A stretch of 32,000 nucleotides of DNA from Verrucomicrobiota bacterium. GTDB taxonomy: Bacteria; Verrucomicrobiota; Verrucomicrobiia; Opitutales; LL51. The stretch's first letter is position 1; each line of letters begins with the position of its first letter. This document shows, piece by piece, positions 30,562 through 32,000 of this stretch. A program made the position numbers and the translations under genes. The stretch is from positions 240,001-272,000 of the forward strand of contig CP095464.1 in NCBI GenBank assembly GCA_021294815.2, read 5' to 3'. The notes under the pieces were generated by a model. That model had not been told where the DNA came from. It saw only the letters and a program-made list of their open reading frames with translations, and searched no databases.

Positions 30562-31665
30562 TCAACAGAACGTAATGCTACGGACAGTATCCCGACGCGT
30601 ATAATTGATACAGTTAATAACGAGACCGATCAGACCGTACATCGCCACGAGATTGGATCCCCCGTAACTGATGAACGGCAACGCGATCCCTTTGGTCGGC
30701 ATACACCCCGTCACAACCGCAATATTAATCACGGCTTGAAGCGCAATCATAAGAACGGCACCACCACCCAGTAACTGCGCAAAGCGATCCTCCTGATGAT
30801 GTAGCGCCCACAACACAACCACCTCGAGTAAAAAAAACAATAAAACGACGCCGATTGCAAACCATCCACCGAATTCTTCGCCGATAACTGGAAAAATAAA
30901 ATCCGTATGGGCTTCCGGTAAATAGGAAAATTTCTGCAGTCCCAAGCCAGCGCCCGCCCCCTGCATTCCACCAGCCGCAAAACACAAAATCCCTTGCCAG
31001 AGCTGGTAAGTCGTATCGAAGCGGTGATTTTCGACATCAAAAAATGCCGTCACACGTTGTAGCCGGACCGGACTCAACAAAATTAGTCCTCCAAATGCCA
31101 GTGCTCCTAAAACAACAATTGAAAGTAGGTGGCGTAAACGCGTTCCCGAGAGAAAAAACATCGCAAGGGTGACACTCATCATTAAAAACGTCGTCCCATA
31201 GTCTGGCTCGCAGAGCACAAAAAACGAAAGGGCTGCGCAAACGAACATCGGCTTCACAAACCCACGTGTGAAATTTTCGACTTCGGACTGATACTGTGCC
31301 AAATACCCCGCAAGCCAAATGATGAGCGCGATCTTTACAAATTCCGAAACCTGGAGATTAAAACCACCCAATGGAATCCAACGTCGAGATCCATTGACGC
31401 GATGTCCGACACTGGGAATGAGAACCAAAACAAGTCCTAAAAACGCAAGCTGCAAAACCCCTTTTCGATGTCGATAAAGTGCTTGCAACGGAATTTTCGC
31501 AAAAATTAAACAGATGAACAAAGATAAAGCTACCGCCAGCAATTGCTTTTTGAAAAAGCCACTTCCAAATGATAAACTTGCACTGGGCAACGCAACCAGA
31601 CCAACGCTATTAAGCGCCAATGTAAGCGCTAAAACAAGCTTGACCGGCCGCTTCAAAGCTATCAA
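30562..31665 (-). CDS. SEDS-family peptidoglycan polymerase (FtsW/RodA/SpoVE)
   Basis: 367 aa and polytopic, with the family blocks PEAHTDFIFPVIGEEFG and LPFISYGGSN. The TTG start overlaps the stop of the upstream LysM gene (TTGA). FtsW versus RodA is not resolvable here. Confidence 0.85.
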   Translation of the reverse strand: MIALKRPVKLVLALTLALNSVGLVALPSASLSFGSGFFKKQLLAVALSLFICLIFAKIPLQALYRHRKGVLQLAFLGLVLVLIPSVGHRVNGSRRWIPLGGFNLQVSEFVKIALIIWLAGYLAQYQSEVENFTRGFVKPMFVCAALSFFVLCEPDYGTTFLMMSVTLAMFFLSGTRLRHLLSIVVLGALAFGGLILLSPVRLQRVTAFFDVENHRFDTTYQLWQGILCFAAGGMQGAGAGLGLQKFSYLPEAHTDFIFPVIGEEFGGWFAIGVVLLFFLLEVVVLWALHHQEDRFAQLLGGGAVLMIALQAVINIAVVTGCMPTKGIALPFISYGGSNLVAMYGLIGLVINCINYTRRDTVRSITFC

Positions 31666-32000
31666 TTCGAAACCGGCGGATTTTTAACCGTCACCGGAAC
31701 AATCGGGATGTCGTTGTCGTTAAAAAAGTCGGCATCGCTCATGAAGGCGTAAGGATCTAACGGGGTACTTTGCTCTTCGACAACAGGCACGGTTGTATTT
31801 TCCAGAACGGGAGCCGGAGCCGCTGCAGGGACAACCGACTTGGTCGCTGAAACACGTGGCGCACGTACTAAAATTTTCTGCCCCTTCGTGACCTTATTAG
31901 GGTCGCTAATATCATTCCACTCTTGAAGATCTCGCACTCGAACTTTGGCCTTTTGCGCAACTTTTGAAAGCGAATCATTCTTTTGGAGGGTATAATAGCC
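31662..32000 (-). CDS. LysM-domain protein, C-terminal part (gene continues past window end)
   Basis: The reading frame stays open to the window edge. Translated from position 32000 it reads GYYTLQKNDSLSKVAQKAKVRVRDLQEWNDISDPNKVTKGQKILV, a LysM motif, followed by a Pro/Ala/Val-rich linker. The track's start at 31937 is an internal GTG. Confidence 0.7.
   Translation of the reverse strand, partial: GYYTLQKNDSLSKVAQKAKVRVRDLQEWNDISDPNKVTKGQKILVRAPRVSATKSVVPAAAPAPVLENTTVPVVEEQSTPLDPYAFMSDADFFNDNDIPIVPVTVKNPPVSN

Overview
Gene-dense bacterial chromosomal window (about 90% coding, roughly 48-50% GC by eye), mostly housekeeping genes: lpxB (partial), ychF, an lptF/G-family permease, infA, mnmE, gap, mnmG, tsaD, rpsP, gatB, tatD, uppP, pgpA, pgsA, skp, clpP, rpoZ, smpB, recD2 and an ftsW/rodA-family gene. 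There are three tRNAs (Leu-TAG, Arg-CCT, Tyr-GTA). Two accessory-looking loci stand out. (1) 19090-24928 (-) is a tightly coupled six-gene injectisome-type T3SS module in the canonical order sctJ-K-L-N-O-P, with no secretin, export-gate or sctQ genes in the window. Its last gene encodes a 500-aa SctP/FliK-like protein whose centre is 18 base-perfect tandem copies of an 18-bp unit, (PESKVV)18, so it is a candidate needle-length ruler carrying a VNTR. (2) 6221-8615 carries the scars of an old tandem segmental duplication: the 3' half of tRNA-Leu is fused to a decayed 3' fragment of gap. That duplication produced two diverged, signal-peptide-bearing paralogues of a family I cannot name. The window also holds a Sec-signal ankyrin-repeat protein and a 52-aa small basic protein gene that is below the ORF-track cutoff. 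The split T3SS, the ankyrin protein and the small basic protein hint at a host-associated, possibly PVC-group organism, but this taxonomy is inference only. All calls rest on reading the translations and the DNA; no database search was possible.
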